The notes beneath the pieces are model-generated. The model saw only the letters and a list, made by a program, of their open reading frames with translations. It searched no databases and had not been told where the DNA came from. From assembly GCA_902476265.1 (NCBI GenBank), contig CABSCP010000019.1, positions 9,934-73,933 on the forward strand: a DNA stretch of 64,000 bases. The letters run 5' to 3'. The translations under genes and the position numbers were made by a program. Position 1 is the first letter of the stretch. Every line of letters begins with the position of its first letter. Source of the DNA: an uncultured Lachnospiraceae bacterium. GTDB taxonomy: Bacteria > Bacillota > Clostridia > Lachnospirales > Lachnospiraceae. Below are positions 1 to 9,692 of the stretch, piece after piece.

Positions 1-3000
1 TTTCCGCCTGCCTGGCGGGGGAGGTGCCCCGGTATATCCAGAAAGGGCTGGTGGACGAGGCCAAAAAGTGCGCCTTAAAATACCAGTCCATTTTTGGAAA
101 GGACAATTATTTTCTGGAGCTGCAGGATCACGGCATCCCGGAACAGCAGACCGTGAACGCGGCCATTTTACAGATCGCTCAGGAGCTGGACATCCCCATG
201 GTCTGCACAAACGACGTGCATTACACCTATGCGGACGATGTGAAGCCCCATGATATCCTTCTGTGCATCCAGACCGGGAAAAAGCTGGCGGACGAAGACC
301 GGATGCGCTACGAAGGCGGCCAGTACTATGTGAAGAGCGAAGAAGAGATGAAAGGACTGTTTCCCTATGCCTGGGAAGCGGTGGAAAACACCCAGCGGAT
401 CGCGGACCGGTGCCATGTGGAGATCGAGTTCGGCGTCACAAAGCTGCCCCATTTTGAAGTGCCTGCCGGATATGATTCCTGGTCCTATCTGTTGAAACTC
501 TGTTCAGACGGCATGGCAGAACGCTATCCGTCTGATGACGGCACACTGCAGAAAAGGCTGGAATACGAGCTGGACATCATCAAACGGATGGGGTATGTGG
601 ATTACTTTTTGATCGTCTGGGACTTCATCAATTATGCACGGGAAAACGGCATCCCGGTGGGGCCGGGCCGGGGCAGCGCGGCGGGGAGCATTGTTTCCTA
701 CTGTCTGCACATCACCAACATCGATCCCATCCGCTACAACCTGCTGTTCGAGCGTTTCCTAAATCCGGAGCGGGTATCCATGCCCGATATCGACGTGGAT
801 TTCTGCTTTGAACGCCGCCAGGAGGTCATCGACTATGTGGGCCGCAAATACGGCGCGGAAAAAGTGGTGCAGATCGTCACCTTCGGTACCCTGGCGGCCA
901 AAGGTGTGATCCGGGATGTGGGCCGGGTTATGGATCTGCCCTATGCCTTTGTGGATTCCATCGCCAAGATGATCCCCAATGAGCTCAATATCACCATTGA
1001 GCGGGCGCTTTCCGTCAACCCCGAACTGCGCAAGCTCTATGAAGGGGACGAGCAGGTGCACGAACTGATCGACATGAGCAAACGGCTGGAGGGTCTTCCC
1101 AGACATACCTCCATGCATGCGGCCGGCGTGGTCATCTGCCCGGAGGAAGCGGACAACTTCGTCCCCCTTTCCCGGGGTTCCGACGGTTCCGTGACCACCC
1201 AGTTCACCATGACCACGCTGGAAGAACTGGGCCTTTTAAAAATGGACTTTTTAGGCCTTCGGACGCTGACGGTGATTGACCATGCGGTGAAGCTGATTGA
1301 GAAGGACACCGGAAAGCGGATCGACATCGATAACATCGATTTTAATGATAAACAGGTTTTGGATTCCCTGTGCACCGGACGGACGGACGGCGTGTTCCAG
1401 CTGGAAAGCGGCGGGATGAAAAACTTTATGAAAGAGTTAAAACCACAGAGCCTGGAAGATATTATCGCCGGGATTTCCCTCTACCGTCCCGGTCCCATGG
1501 ACTTCATCCCCAAATATATCAGGGGAAAGGATAACCATGATGCCATCACCTATTCCTGCCCTCAGCTGGAGCCGATCCTGGCGCCTACCTACGGCTGTAT
1601 TGTGTACCAGGAGCAGGTCATGCAGATCGTGCGGGATCTGGGCGGCTATACCATGGGACGAAGCGATCTGGTGCGCCGCGCCATGAGCAAAAAGAAACAG
1701 TCTGTGATGGAAAAAGAGCGCGCCAACTTCGTTTACGGCAATCCGGAAGAGGGTGTGCCCGGCTGTGTGAACAACGGGATTCCGGAACAGGTGGGACTGC
1801 AGATTTACGGGGAAATGATGGATTTTGCAAAGTATGCCTTCAACAAGTCCCATGCCGCCTGCTATGCGGTGGTGGCTTATCAGACGGCCTTTTTGAAATT
1901 TTATTATCCCGTGGAATTTATGGCGGCCCTGATGACTTCTGTCATCGACAACCCCGGCAAAGTGGCGGAATATATCCTGACCTGCCGGCAGATGAGCATT
2001 TCCATCCTGCCGCCGGACATCAACGAAGGGGAAGCGGATTTCTCCGTATCCGGCCATTCCATCCGGTATGCCCTGACGGCCATCAAAGGGGTGGGACATC
2101 CGGTGGCGGCCGCCGTCATTGCGGAACGAAAAGTGCGCGGTCCTTTTAAAAATATTTCCGATTTCATCACCCGCATGACGGATACGGATATTAATAAGCG
2201 CAATGTGGAAAACTTTATAAAAGCGGGAGCCTTTGACAGTCTGGGCGGGACCCGGAAACAGTTCATGAGCGTGTTCGCCCAGCTGATGGACAGCCAGCAG
2301 CAGAATAAGAAGAACAACCTGGCGGGCCAGCTTTCCCTTTTTGACCTGGTCAGTGAGGAAGAAAAAGCCGATTATGAGGTGAAGCTGCCGAATGTGGGGG
2401 AATATCCCAAAGAAATCCTGCTCACCTTTGAAAAAGAAGTTCTGGGAATCTATATCAGCGGCCATCCCCTGGAGGAATACGAACAGCTGTGGCGCAAAAA
2501 TATCACCAACACCACAGCGGATTTTATGCTGGACGAAGAAATTAACAGTATTCATGCTCAGGACGGCGCGAAGGCCGTGATCGGCGGCATGATCGCGGAA
2601 AAGAAAATCAAATACACCAAAAACGATAAAGTCATGGCTTTTTTACAGGTGGAAGATCTGGTGGGCACGATGGAAGTCATCGTATTTCCCAAAACCTATG
2701 AAACCTACAGCAGCAAAATCGTGGAGGAGAACAAGGTTTTTATCAGAGGCAGGGTATCCGCAGAGGAGGACAGGGATGGCAAGCTGGTCTGTGAGTCCAT
2801 CCAGACCTTCGATGAAATCCCCAAAAAGATCTGGATCAAATTTCCCACAATGGAGGATTACGAAAAAGCGGAAAACGCTCTTTTTGACGCCATTGCGGAT
2901 TCGGACGGCCGGGACGGCATCGTGATCTATGTGGAAAATCCGAGAGCGAAAAAGCAGCTGCCGCCCAGCCGGAATGTGCGGGCGGATAAGGAACTGCTGG

Positions 3001-3047
3001 AACGTCTTGGCGGACTGTTCGGGGAAAATAATGTAAAGGTGATGTAA
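1..3047 (+). CDS. dnaE: DNA polymerase III alpha subunit (DnaE type), 5' end cut by window edge
   Basis: The reading frame is open to the window start (codons from nt 3: SACLAGEVPRY). It has the DnaE polymerase core (PDIDVDF, GLLKMDFLGL) and a C-terminal OB-fold region. Stop is TAA 3045-3047. Confidence 0.9.
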   Translation, partial: SACLAGEVPRYIQKGLVDEAKKCALKYQSIFGKDNYFLELQDHGIPEQQTVNAAILQIAQELDIPMVCTNDVHYTYADDVKPHDILLCIQTGKKLADEDRMRYEGGQYYVKSEEEMKGLFPYAWEAVENTQRIADRCHVEIEFGVTKLPHFEVPAGYDSWSYLLKLCSDGMAERYPSDDGTLQKRLEYELDIIKRMGYVDYFLIVWDFINYARENGIPVGPGRGSAAGSIVSYCLHITNIDPIRYNLLFERFLNPERVSMPDIDVDFCFERRQEVIDYVGRKYGAEKVVQIVTFGTLAAKGVIRDVGRVMDLPYAFVDSIAKMIPNELNITIERALSVNPELRKLYEGDEQVHELIDMSKRLEGLPRHTSMHAAGVVICPEEADNFVPLSRGSDGSVTTQFTMTTLEELGLLKMDFLGLRTLTVIDHAVKLIEKDTGKRIDIDNIDFNDKQVLDSLCTGRTDGVFQLESGGMKNFMKELKPQSLEDIIAGISLYRPGPMDFIPKYIRGKDNHDAITYSCPQLEPILAPTYGCIVYQEQVMQIVRDLGGYTMGRSDLVRRAMSKKKQSVMEKERANFVYGNPEEGVPGCVNNGIPEQVGLQIYGEMMDFAKYAFNKSHAACYAVVAYQTAFLKFYYPVEFMAALMTSVIDNPGKVAEYILTCRQMSISILPPDINEGEADFSVSGHSIRYALTAIKGVGHPVAAAVIAERKVRGPFKNISDFITRMTDTDINKRNVENFIKAGAFDSLGGTRKQFMSVFAQLMDSQQQNKKNNLAGQLSLFDLVSEEEKADYEVKLPNVGEYPKEILLTFEKEVLGIYISGHPLEEYEQLWRKNITNTTADFMLDEEINSIHAQDGAKAVIGGMIAEKKIKYTKNDKVMAFLQVEDLVGTMEVIVFPKTYETYSSKIVEENKVFIRGRVSAEEDRDGKLVCESIQTFDEIPKKIWIKFPTMEDYEKAENALFDAIADSDGRDGIVIYVENPRAKKQLPPSRNVRADKELLERLGGLFGENNVKVM

Positions 3048-3149
3048 AGCAATTGCGTTTTTCTATAAAAACATTGAAAACCCACGGCAAATAGATTAGA
3101 ATAAGAACGGAATCGATCCATGCCGTTTGTGCGGCAGACAGGAGGAACT

Positions 3150-4124
3150 ATGGCAAAGGGGATTAAGACAATCGGAATCCTTACAAGCGGCGGGGATGCG
3201 CCGGGCATGAATGCCGCCATCCGTGCGGTAGTCAGAAAGGCCATCAGCAATGGCGTTAAGGTAAAAGGGATCAAGAAGGGCTATCAGGGCCTTCTGAATG
3301 AAGAAATCATAGATATGAATGCGCGAAGCGTTTCCGATACCATCCAGCGGGGCGGAACCATTCTGGGAACCGCGCGCTGCAGCGAATTTAAGACGGAAGC
3401 GGGACAGAAGAAGGGCGCCGATATCTGCAGAAAGCACGGCATTGACGGCCTGGTGGTCATCGGCGGCGACGGTTCTTACCGGGGCGCCCAGGCGATGTCC
3501 AGACACGGCATCAACACCATCGGTCTTCCGGGCACCATCGATCTGGATATCGCCTGCACGGATTACACCATCGGTTTCGATACCGCGGTCAACACAGCCA
3601 TGCAGGCCATCGACAAGGTACGGGATACTTCCTCTTCCCATGAGCGCTGTTCCATCATCGAGGTAATGGGCAGGAACGCCGGCTTCATTGCGCTCTGGTG
3701 CGGCGTGGCCAACGGCGCGGAAGATATTCTTCTTCCTGAAAAATATGATTATAATGAACAGGCGATCATCAATAATATTATTAATAACCGAAAGCGCGGC
3801 AAGACCCACCATCTGGTGATCAATGCAGAGGGTATCGGCCATTCTACGTCCATGGCAAAGAGGATCGAAGCGGCTACGGGCATTGAAACCAGAGCTACCA
3901 TTTTAGGATACATGCAGCGCGGCGGCAGTCCTACCTGTAAGGACCGGTATTATGCGTCCATCATGGGGGCCTATGCGGCGGATATTCTCTGTGCGGGCAG
4001 CACCAACCGCGTCATCGCCTACCGGCACGGCGAATTTGTGGATTACGATATCGAAGAAGCGCTGGCCATGCAGAAGGACATTCCGGAATATGAATACGAG
4101 ATCAGCAAACTGCTGTCGATCTGA
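3150..4124 (+). CDS. pfkA: ATP-dependent 6-phosphofructokinase
   Basis: MAKGIKTIGILTSGGDAPGMNAAIR and IGGDGS motifs are present. I moved the start to ATG 3150, which follows SD AGGAGGA (3140-3146). Confidence 0.92.
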   Translation: MAKGIKTIGILTSGGDAPGMNAAIRAVVRKAISNGVKVKGIKKGYQGLLNEEIIDMNARSVSDTIQRGGTILGTARCSEFKTEAGQKKGADICRKHGIDGLVVIGGDGSYRGAQAMSRHGINTIGLPGTIDLDIACTDYTIGFDTAVNTAMQAIDKVRDTSSSHERCSIIEVMGRNAGFIALWCGVANGAEDILLPEKYDYNEQAIINNIINNRKRGKTHHLVINAEGIGHSTSMAKRIEAATGIETRATILGYMQRGGSPTCKDRYYASIMGAYAADILCAGSTNRVIAYRHGEFVDYDIEEALAMQKDIPEYEYEISKLLSI

Positions 4125-4215
4125 AAAGTAAGACACTGGCCACATACTTTTGGTATGTGGCCGTTACCGTCAGTGGACAACGGGACGAAGGTTCCCTTGT
4201 CCACTGACGGCATTC

Positions 4216-5592
4216 ATGCCGAAAATAAAAATAAGACCGGGGAATAGGAAAGTGAAAAAAGGAAAAGGAAAATGGACGTATACTCAGATTCTGGCGCTGG
4301 GGTTCGGCCTTATTATTTTGATGGGGGCAGTTTTGCTCACACTGCCCATCGCTTCCAGAGAGGGAAGCTGGACGCCGTTTTTGAGCGCCCTTTTTACCGC
4401 CACCAGCGCGACCTGTGTGACGGGCCTGGTAGTCTATGATACATATCAGCACTGGACCCTGTTCGGACAGCTGGTGATCCTGGCGTTAATACAGATTGGC
4501 GGCCTGGGATTTATCACGATCGGCGCTTATATTTCCGTGATCCTGAAAAAGAAGATCGGTTTAAAAGGCAGGACGGCCATCCACGAAAGTATCAGCACCA
4601 TTGAAATAGCGGGCGTAGTCCGCCTTGTGCGCAAAATCATCCGGGGGACCGTTTTGTTTGAACTGGCGGGAGCCGCCCTTTTGGCCCTGCGGTTTATTCC
4701 CGAGTTCGGCCTTTTAAGAGGTTTGTACTACGGCGTGTTCCATTCCATTTCGGCATTCTGCAACGCGGGTTTTGACCTGATGGGGATCCGGGAAGAATAC
4801 AGCTCCCTGGTGGCCTATGAAGGGGATGTGGTGGTGAATCTGACCATCATGGCCCTGATCATCATCGGCGGCGCAGGGTTTATGGTCTGGGACGATTTCC
4901 AGAGGAACCGTTTCCATTTTAAGAAATATATGCTGCACAGCAAGATCCTGCTGACGGGCACGGGCGTCCTCATTGTGGGAGGCTCCCTGTTGTTTTTCCT
5001 GTTCGAGTATAACGGGCTGTTTGCGGATATGACAATAAAAGAGAAAATTCTGGGGGCCATGTTTGCGGCCGTAACGCCCAGGACAGCGGGCTTTAATACC
5101 ACCGATGTGGCGGGACTGAGCGATGCGTCGAAGCTGCTTTCCATGGTGCTGATGTTCATCGGCGGCGGCTCCGGCTCCACGGCAGGCGGTATCAAAGTGA
5201 CATCTGCGGCCGTGATGGTGCTTTCCGCGGTGGCCATGATCAGGAGGACGCCGGGCGTCAACATTTACGGCCGCCGGCTGGATGAGGACGCGGTGCGCCG
5301 GGCCAGCGCCATCATGATGTGCAATCTGGGGCTGATCCTTTTCGCTTCCATGATCATTCTGGCGATACAGCCTCTGGCCTTTACCGATGTGTTTATGGAG
5401 ACTTTTTCGGCGATGGGCACAGTAGGGCTTTCCACCGGAGTGACCAGAAGCCTTCTCCCCTTGTCGAGAGTGTTGATCATTATGCTGATGTACTGCGGCA
5501 GACTGGGCAGCCTGACCTTCGCCCTGGTATTCGCACAGCGCAAAAACGCCGCCCCGGTACAGCAGCCTGTTGAAAAAATTGTGGTTGGATGA
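4216..5592 (+). CDS. ktrB: TrkH/KtrB-family potassium uptake membrane subunit
   Basis: Polytopic membrane protein with repeated pore-loop GLG/GGG signatures (IQIGGLGF, IIGGAGF, FIGGGSGSTAGGIK). The start is uncertain: ATG 4216 or GTG 4252 (VKKGKGKWTYTQIL). Confidence 0.85.
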   Translation: MPKIKIRPGNRKVKKGKGKWTYTQILALGFGLIILMGAVLLTLPIASREGSWTPFLSALFTATSATCVTGLVVYDTYQHWTLFGQLVILALIQIGGLGFITIGAYISVILKKKIGLKGRTAIHESISTIEIAGVVRLVRKIIRGTVLFELAGAALLALRFIPEFGLLRGLYYGVFHSISAFCNAGFDLMGIREEYSSLVAYEGDVVVNLTIMALIIIGGAGFMVWDDFQRNRFHFKKYMLHSKILLTGTGVLIVGGSLLFFLFEYNGLFADMTIKEKILGAMFAAVTPRTAGFNTTDVAGLSDASKLLSMVLMFIGGGSGSTAGGIKVTSAAVMVLSAVAMIRRTPGVNIYGRRLDEDAVRRASAIMMCNLGLILFASMIILAIQPLAFTDVFMETFSAMGTVGLSTGVTRSLLPLSRVLIIMLMYCGRLGSLTFALVFAQRKNAAPVQQPVEKIVVG

Positions 5593-5611
5593 CAGAAAGG
5601 AAAAGTGGAAT

Positions 5612-6265
5612 ATGAAATCTGTTTTGATTATCGGTATGGGAAGATTCGGGCATCATCTGGCCCAGAATATGCTGGACCTGGGAGATGATGTTATGATCAT
5701 TGACAATGATGAAAGGAAGCTGGAAGATCTGGTGCCCTATGCTACCAGTTCCAAAATCGGGGACTGCACCAATCCCGAGGTGCTCAAAAGTCTGGGCATT
5801 TCCAACTTCGATCTGATTTTCGTCTGCATCGGCACCAACTTCCAGAGCAGTCTGGAAATCACCAGCCTGGTCAAAGAAATGGGAGGCCGTCATGTGGTCA
5901 GCAAGGCCACCAGGGATATTCAGGCGAAGTTTTTGCTGAGAAATGGCGCGGATGAGGTTATTTATCCCGAAAAGGATATCGCAGAAAAATGTGCGGCCCG
6001 CTATAGCGTGGATAATGTGTTTGACTATATTGAACTGGACGACGACTACGCCATCTATGAGATTCCGCCGTTAAAGGAGTGGATCGGCCGTTCCATCCGG
6101 GAGTCCGATATTGCCCGCAGATATAAGGTATCCGTGCTGGGAATCAAGGATTTCGGCGCGCGTACCAAGGTGATGCCTTCGGCGGACTATGTGATCGATG
6201 AATCGGAACATCTGATCGTGCTTGCCAACCGGGAAACCATTTCCAAGCTGTTAAAGCAGATTTAG
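5612..6265 (+). CDS. ktrA: TrkA/KtrA-family potassium uptake regulatory subunit (RCK domain)
   Basis: Has the Rossmann motif IIGMGRFG plus an RCK_C region. ATG 5612 follows SD AAAGGAAAAG, and the gene immediately follows ktrB. Confidence 0.85.
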   Translation: MKSVLIIGMGRFGHHLAQNMLDLGDDVMIIDNDERKLEDLVPYATSSKIGDCTNPEVLKSLGISNFDLIFVCIGTNFQSSLEITSLVKEMGGRHVVSKATRDIQAKFLLRNGADEVIYPEKDIAEKCAARYSVDNVFDYIELDDDYAIYEIPPLKEWIGRSIRESDIARRYKVSVLGIKDFGARTKVMPSADYVIDESEHLIVLANRETISKLLKQI

Positions 6266-6273
6266 GAGAAGGC

Positions 6274-7047
6274 ATGATTACGGCGGCATCCAACAGCCGG
6301 ATCAAACGGCTGATACAACTGAATCAGAAGGCGAAGCTGCGACGGACGGAGGATGTGTTTTTGGTAGAGGGCGTGAAGATGTTTTTGGAAGCGCCGCCGC
6401 AAAAACGCAGGGAAACCTATGTTTCCGAATCTTTTCTGGAACACTGCCCCTGCCGGGAAGCTTTGGAGGAAGGCCGCTATGAGGTGGTTTCCGATTCCCT
6501 GTTCGCAAAGATTTCGGACACCTGTACACCTCAGGGGATTTTGTGCGTGGTGGAACAGTTTCATTATAATATGAAGGAACTGCTGCAAAAGAAGAATCCG
6601 CTGCTGCTGGTTTTGGAAAATATCCAGGATCCGGGCAATCTTGGCACCATGCTGAGGACTGCCGAAGGAGCGGGGGTGGACGGCGTCATCATGAGCCGGG
6701 ATACCGTAGACCTCTATAATCCCAAAGTGATCCGTTCCACCATGGGCAGCATTTACAGGATGCCTTTCTGTTATGTGGAAGAGATCCAAACGGCAGTCCG
6801 ACAGCTGAAAGAAGCCGGAATCCATACCTATGCCGCCCATTTGAAGGGGCGACAGTGGCATACGGAAGCGGACTACAGCCAGGGAACGGCCTTTCTGATC
6901 GGAAATGAGGGCAATGGCCTTCGGGAAGAAACCGCGGGACTGGCGGACACCTATATCCGGATTCCCATGGAAGGAAAGGTGGAATCTTTAAACGCCGCAA
7001 TTGCGGCGGCGGTGCTGATGTATGAGGCGAAGCGGCAGAGAGGCTGA
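6274..7047 (+). CDS. TrmH/SpoU-family RNA 2'-O-methyltransferase
   Basis: SpoU motifs are present: LENIQDPGNLGTMLRTA, LIGNEGNGL, IPMEGKVESLNAAIAAAV. Confidence 0.85.
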   Translation: MITAASNSRIKRLIQLNQKAKLRRTEDVFLVEGVKMFLEAPPQKRRETYVSESFLEHCPCREALEEGRYEVVSDSLFAKISDTCTPQGILCVVEQFHYNMKELLQKKNPLLLVLENIQDPGNLGTMLRTAEGAGVDGVIMSRDTVDLYNPKVIRSTMGSIYRMPFCYVEEIQTAVRQLKEAGIHTYAAHLKGRQWHTEADYSQGTAFLIGNEGNGLREETAGLADTYIRIPMEGKVESLNAAIAAAVLMYEAKRQRG

Positions 7048-7109
7048 CGGGATATCGGGAAGTTATCAAAGCGTGTGTTCTAAATAGGAGCGGCAGGAGG
7101 GACCGAAAG

Positions 7110-7904
7110 ATGAAAATCGGGTTTATCGGGCTGGGAAACATGGCCCAGGCCATGATCGGCGGAATTTTAAAAAAGGGGCTTGCAAAGGCGGAGGACATCT
7201 GCGGGTCCGCCAAAACCCAGGCCACAGAGCAGAGGATGCACGAAAAATACGGCATCTGTGTGACCGGAGATAACCGTGTCACCGCACAAAAAGCGGATTT
7301 GTTGTTTTTGGCTGTGAAACCTCAGTTTTTTGAAGAGGTGATCGGGCAGATCAGAGATCTGGATTATACCGGGAAAATCGTGATCAGTATCGCGCCCGGG
7401 AAAAACCTGGAATGGCTCAAATCCCGGTTTGGGGCGGATATTTCCTTCGCAAGGGCGATGCCCAATACCCCGGCGCTGGTGGGAGAAGGCTGTACCGCGG
7501 CCTGCTTTTCTTCCTGTGTGACGCAGGAAGAAAAGGAAGCGGTGATGGCGGTATTAAACAGCTTTGGGAAGGCGTTTGAAGTGCCCCAGCGGCTGATGGA
7601 TGTGGTGCCGGGGGTCAGCGGCTGCGCGCCTGCATGGGTTTTCATGCTGCTGGAAGCCATGGCGGACGGAGCGGTGGCGGAAGGAATGCCCAGAAAGCAG
7701 GCTTATGAGTTTGCGGCCCAGGCGGTTTTGGGAAGCGCGAAGCTGATGCTGGAAACCGGAAAACATCCGGGGGAATTAAAGGATATGGTCTGTTCTCCCG
7801 CGGGTTCTACCATACAGGCGGTGCGCGTTCTGGAAGAAAAGAATTTCAGGGGCGCGGTCATGGATGCGGTGATCGCCTGTATTGAAAAGTCCAGAAATTT
7901 GTAA
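7110..7904 (+). CDS. proC: Pyrroline-5-carboxylate reductase
   Basis: N-terminal IGFIGLGNMAQAMI Rossmann motif, plus the ProC C-terminal signature SPAGSTI. Confidence 0.9.
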   Translation: MKIGFIGLGNMAQAMIGGILKKGLAKAEDICGSAKTQATEQRMHEKYGICVTGDNRVTAQKADLLFLAVKPQFFEEVIGQIRDLDYTGKIVISIAPGKNLEWLKSRFGADISFARAMPNTPALVGEGCTAACFSSCVTQEEKEAVMAVLNSFGKAFEVPQRLMDVVPGVSGCAPAWVFMLLEAMADGAVAEGMPRKQAYEFAAQAVLGSAKLMLETGKHPGELKDMVCSPAGSTIQAVRVLEEKNFRGAVMDAVIACIEKSRNL

Positions 7905-7967
7905 GCGGATTTTAATGTTCGGATGAAAAGCGGAAAATATTACAAAAATATTACTAAGATGTATAAA

Positions 7968-8013
7968 ATACTGTCAGCTGGTAAGAATAACCTTAGCTGA
8001 CAGTATTTTTTTT
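7968..8013 (+). terminator. Intrinsic terminator after proC
   Basis: 12-bp stem ATACTGTCAGCT / AGCTGACAGTAT (7968-7979 with 7995-8006), followed by a T run to 8013. Confidence 0.8.
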
Positions 8014-8212
8014 ACTGCTTTAGCGGAAAAAAGGCTGTTTTACAGGCATTTCCGGGATTTAGCACAATAGAGTGATGATGCAAAAATTGTACAATACTGG
8101 CAGAAAGTCATGAAAATGATCGATGATTTCGTAGAGATTACAATTGAATAAAGAATTATGTAACCCGGAAATACGGGAAAAGTACTGAAATTCCAGTAAA
8201 TTCCAGAAAGGC

Positions 8213-8241
8213 TTGACAAATAGTCGTAATATTGCTATCAT
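8213..8241 (+). promoter_or_regulatory. Sigma-A type promoter for the first SH3b-SleB gene
   Basis: TTGACA (8213-8218), 17-nt spacer, TATCAT (8236-8241). Two AAATTCCAG direct repeats lie just upstream at 8188-8196 and 8198-8206. Confidence 0.55.
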
Positions 8242-8352
8242 ACACAGCGTAACAATTGTTAACAACTTTGTAACAATTGAAACGCCTCTGTAATAGAATG
8301 ATATCATCCCACATGATATGCATTATTACAGAGTACAAAAATGGAGGTAATC

Positions 8353-9501
8353 ATGGACACTAGAGGCAGAAAGTTGTTTCGGTGTGTTGCCGGATTCATA
8401 ACCGCAGTGGTTTTGATGGGCGCAGCATACACGACAACCGCTATGGCGAGTAGTATCGGACTGATTGATACAGCTGAGCTTTTGGACATTTATGCCGAGG
8501 CGGACGATTCTTCCGAAGTGGTAGGTCAGGTCATGGATGAGGGCCATGTCGCGATTCTCGCAAGGGACAGCGGCTGGGTACAGATCCAGGCGGGCGACAT
8601 CGTAGGATGGGTGCCGGATGCCAATCTGATCGAAACGGAGGTTTCCAACGAGGAAGCCGTGGAAGCGAATCAGGAAGTCATCGAAGAAATGTCGGAGCAG
8701 GCGGAAGAAACAGGCAGCGAAGCGCACGAAGAGGAATTTTCGGAGGAAGAAGCTGTCACAGAGGAAAAACAAACTGAAGAGGGAACGGCAGAGGAAGAAA
8801 CCGTAACCGATGAAGCGGAAGAAACGACGGCGGATGCAGCGGAAGAAACCGGGGCAGATGCCACAGAAGAAACAACAGCAGTTGCAGCGGAAGAAACCGC
8901 TCCGGATGAGACGGAAGAGACCGCTGCTGCCCAGGCACAGCAGAGTGTGGAGGCAGAAAGTGTAGAAGCTTTTGCCAGGAATCAGGAAATTGCAGCGCAG
9001 GCTTTCCTGGAAGCCCAGCAAAGAGCGCAGCAGGAAGCGGCCGCTATAGCGCTGGTGCAGGCACAGCAGGAAGCCGCTGCACTACAGGCACAGCAGGAAG
9101 CCGCAAGACTGCAGGCGGAGGCGGAAGCCGGAAAGCAGGCCATTCTGGCGGCAAACGGCGTAACGGAAGAGGATTTATACCTGCTTGCCAACATCATTTA
9201 CTGCGAGGCGGGGTGTGAACCCTACATCGGTAAGGTGGCAGTGGGAAATGTGGTGATGAACCGTGTCAGAAGCGACCATCAGCCGGATACGATTTCAGAA
9301 GTGATTTATGCGAAGGGGCAGTTTTCGCCGGTGAGAAACGGAAGCCTGGCAAGAGCCCTTAAAAACGGCAGTGCCGACGAGTCCTGTTATCAGGCGGCGC
9401 TGGAAGCGCTGGCAGGTTCCCGGCCTGTGGGAGACAAACTCTATTTCAGAAGAGTGAACGGCCGTTCCGGACAGGTGATCGGACACCACGTATTCTATTA
9501 A
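8353..9501 (+). CDS. Secreted cell-wall hydrolase: SH3b domain, acidic/Gln-Ala low-complexity linker, SleB-type (Hydrolase_2) domain
   Basis: Has an N-terminal signal/TM segment, an SH3b-like GWVQIQAGDIVGWV, and a C-terminal IIYCEAGCEPYIGKVAVGNVVMNRV...GQFSPV...YFRR. I moved the start to ATG 8353, which follows GGAGG (8343-8347). Confidence 0.8.
   Translation: MDTRGRKLFRCVAGFITAVVLMGAAYTTTAMASSIGLIDTAELLDIYAEADDSSEVVGQVMDEGHVAILARDSGWVQIQAGDIVGWVPDANLIETEVSNEEAVEANQEVIEEMSEQAEETGSEAHEEEFSEEEAVTEEKQTEEGTAEEETVTDEAEETTADAAEETGADATEETTAVAAEETAPDETEETAAAQAQQSVEAESVEAFARNQEIAAQAFLEAQQRAQQEAAAIALVQAQQEAAALQAQQEAARLQAEAEAGKQAILAANGVTEEDLYLLANIIYCEAGCEPYIGKVAVGNVVMNRVRSDHQPDTISEVIYAKGQFSPVRNGSLARALKNGSADESCYQAALEALAGSRPVGDKLYFRRVNGRSGQVIGHHVFY
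8815..8934 (+). repeat. Five in-frame tandem copies of a 24-nt unit (8-aa AEETTADA-type repeat) inside the hydrolase linker
   Basis: Units start at 8815, 8839, 8863, 8887 and 8911. They encode AEETTADA, AEETGADA, TEETTAVA, AEETAPDE and TEETAAAQ. Confidence 0.85.
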
Positions 9502-9543
9502 TTGAAAAGAAAAACGGCAGATCGCTATGCTGCCGGGAAAATG

Positions 9544-9583
9544 CCGCAGCCCGGCACAATCGAAAGGGCTGCGGTATTTTTTT
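9544..9583 (+). terminator. Intrinsic terminator after the first hydrolase gene
   Basis: Stem CCGCAGCCC (9544-9552) pairs with GGGCTGCGG (9566-9574), followed by TATTTTTTT. Confidence 0.8.
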
Positions 9584-9621
9584 GTCCTTTGCTGTAGTTT
9601 GTCCCTGAAAGAGGCATATTC

Positions 9622-9650
9622 TTGACACTGCTGCATATATTTGTTATGAT
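9622..9650 (+). promoter_or_regulatory. Sigma-A type promoter for the second SH3b-SleB gene
   Basis: TTGACA (9622-9627), 17-nt spacer, TATGAT (9645-9650). Confidence 0.6.
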
Positions 9651-9692
9651 GACGCTGTTAATGTAATAATTTTGTAATAATTGGGGGAAATT

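Noticed and set aside
4125-4215. Possible c-di-AMP (ydaO/kimA-type) riboswitch ahead of the K+ uptake genes. The same idea applies ahead of the cell-wall hydrolase genes at 8242-8352 and 9651-9692.
   Set aside because: The regions are too short. They show simple hairpins rather than the long pseudo-symmetric two-domain architecture with conserved ACGR/CCGA-type cores that I would expect. This cannot be confirmed without a covariance model.
8249-8279. WalR-like TGTWAH half-sites (TGTTAA and TGTAAC) in the hydrolase leader.
   Set aside because: The start-to-start spacing is 12 nt rather than the 11 nt of the TGTWAH-N5-TGTWAH consensus, so I do not call it a WalR site. The repeats themselves are reported as an unexplained feature.
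8059-8307. 82-aa hydrophobic-looking ORF on the minus strand in the AT-rich region upstream of the first hydrolase gene.
   Set aside because: It overlaps the plus-strand promoter, the repeats and the leader hairpin. It has no SD, and its F/L/I/N/C-rich composition is what AT-rich non-coding DNA yields.
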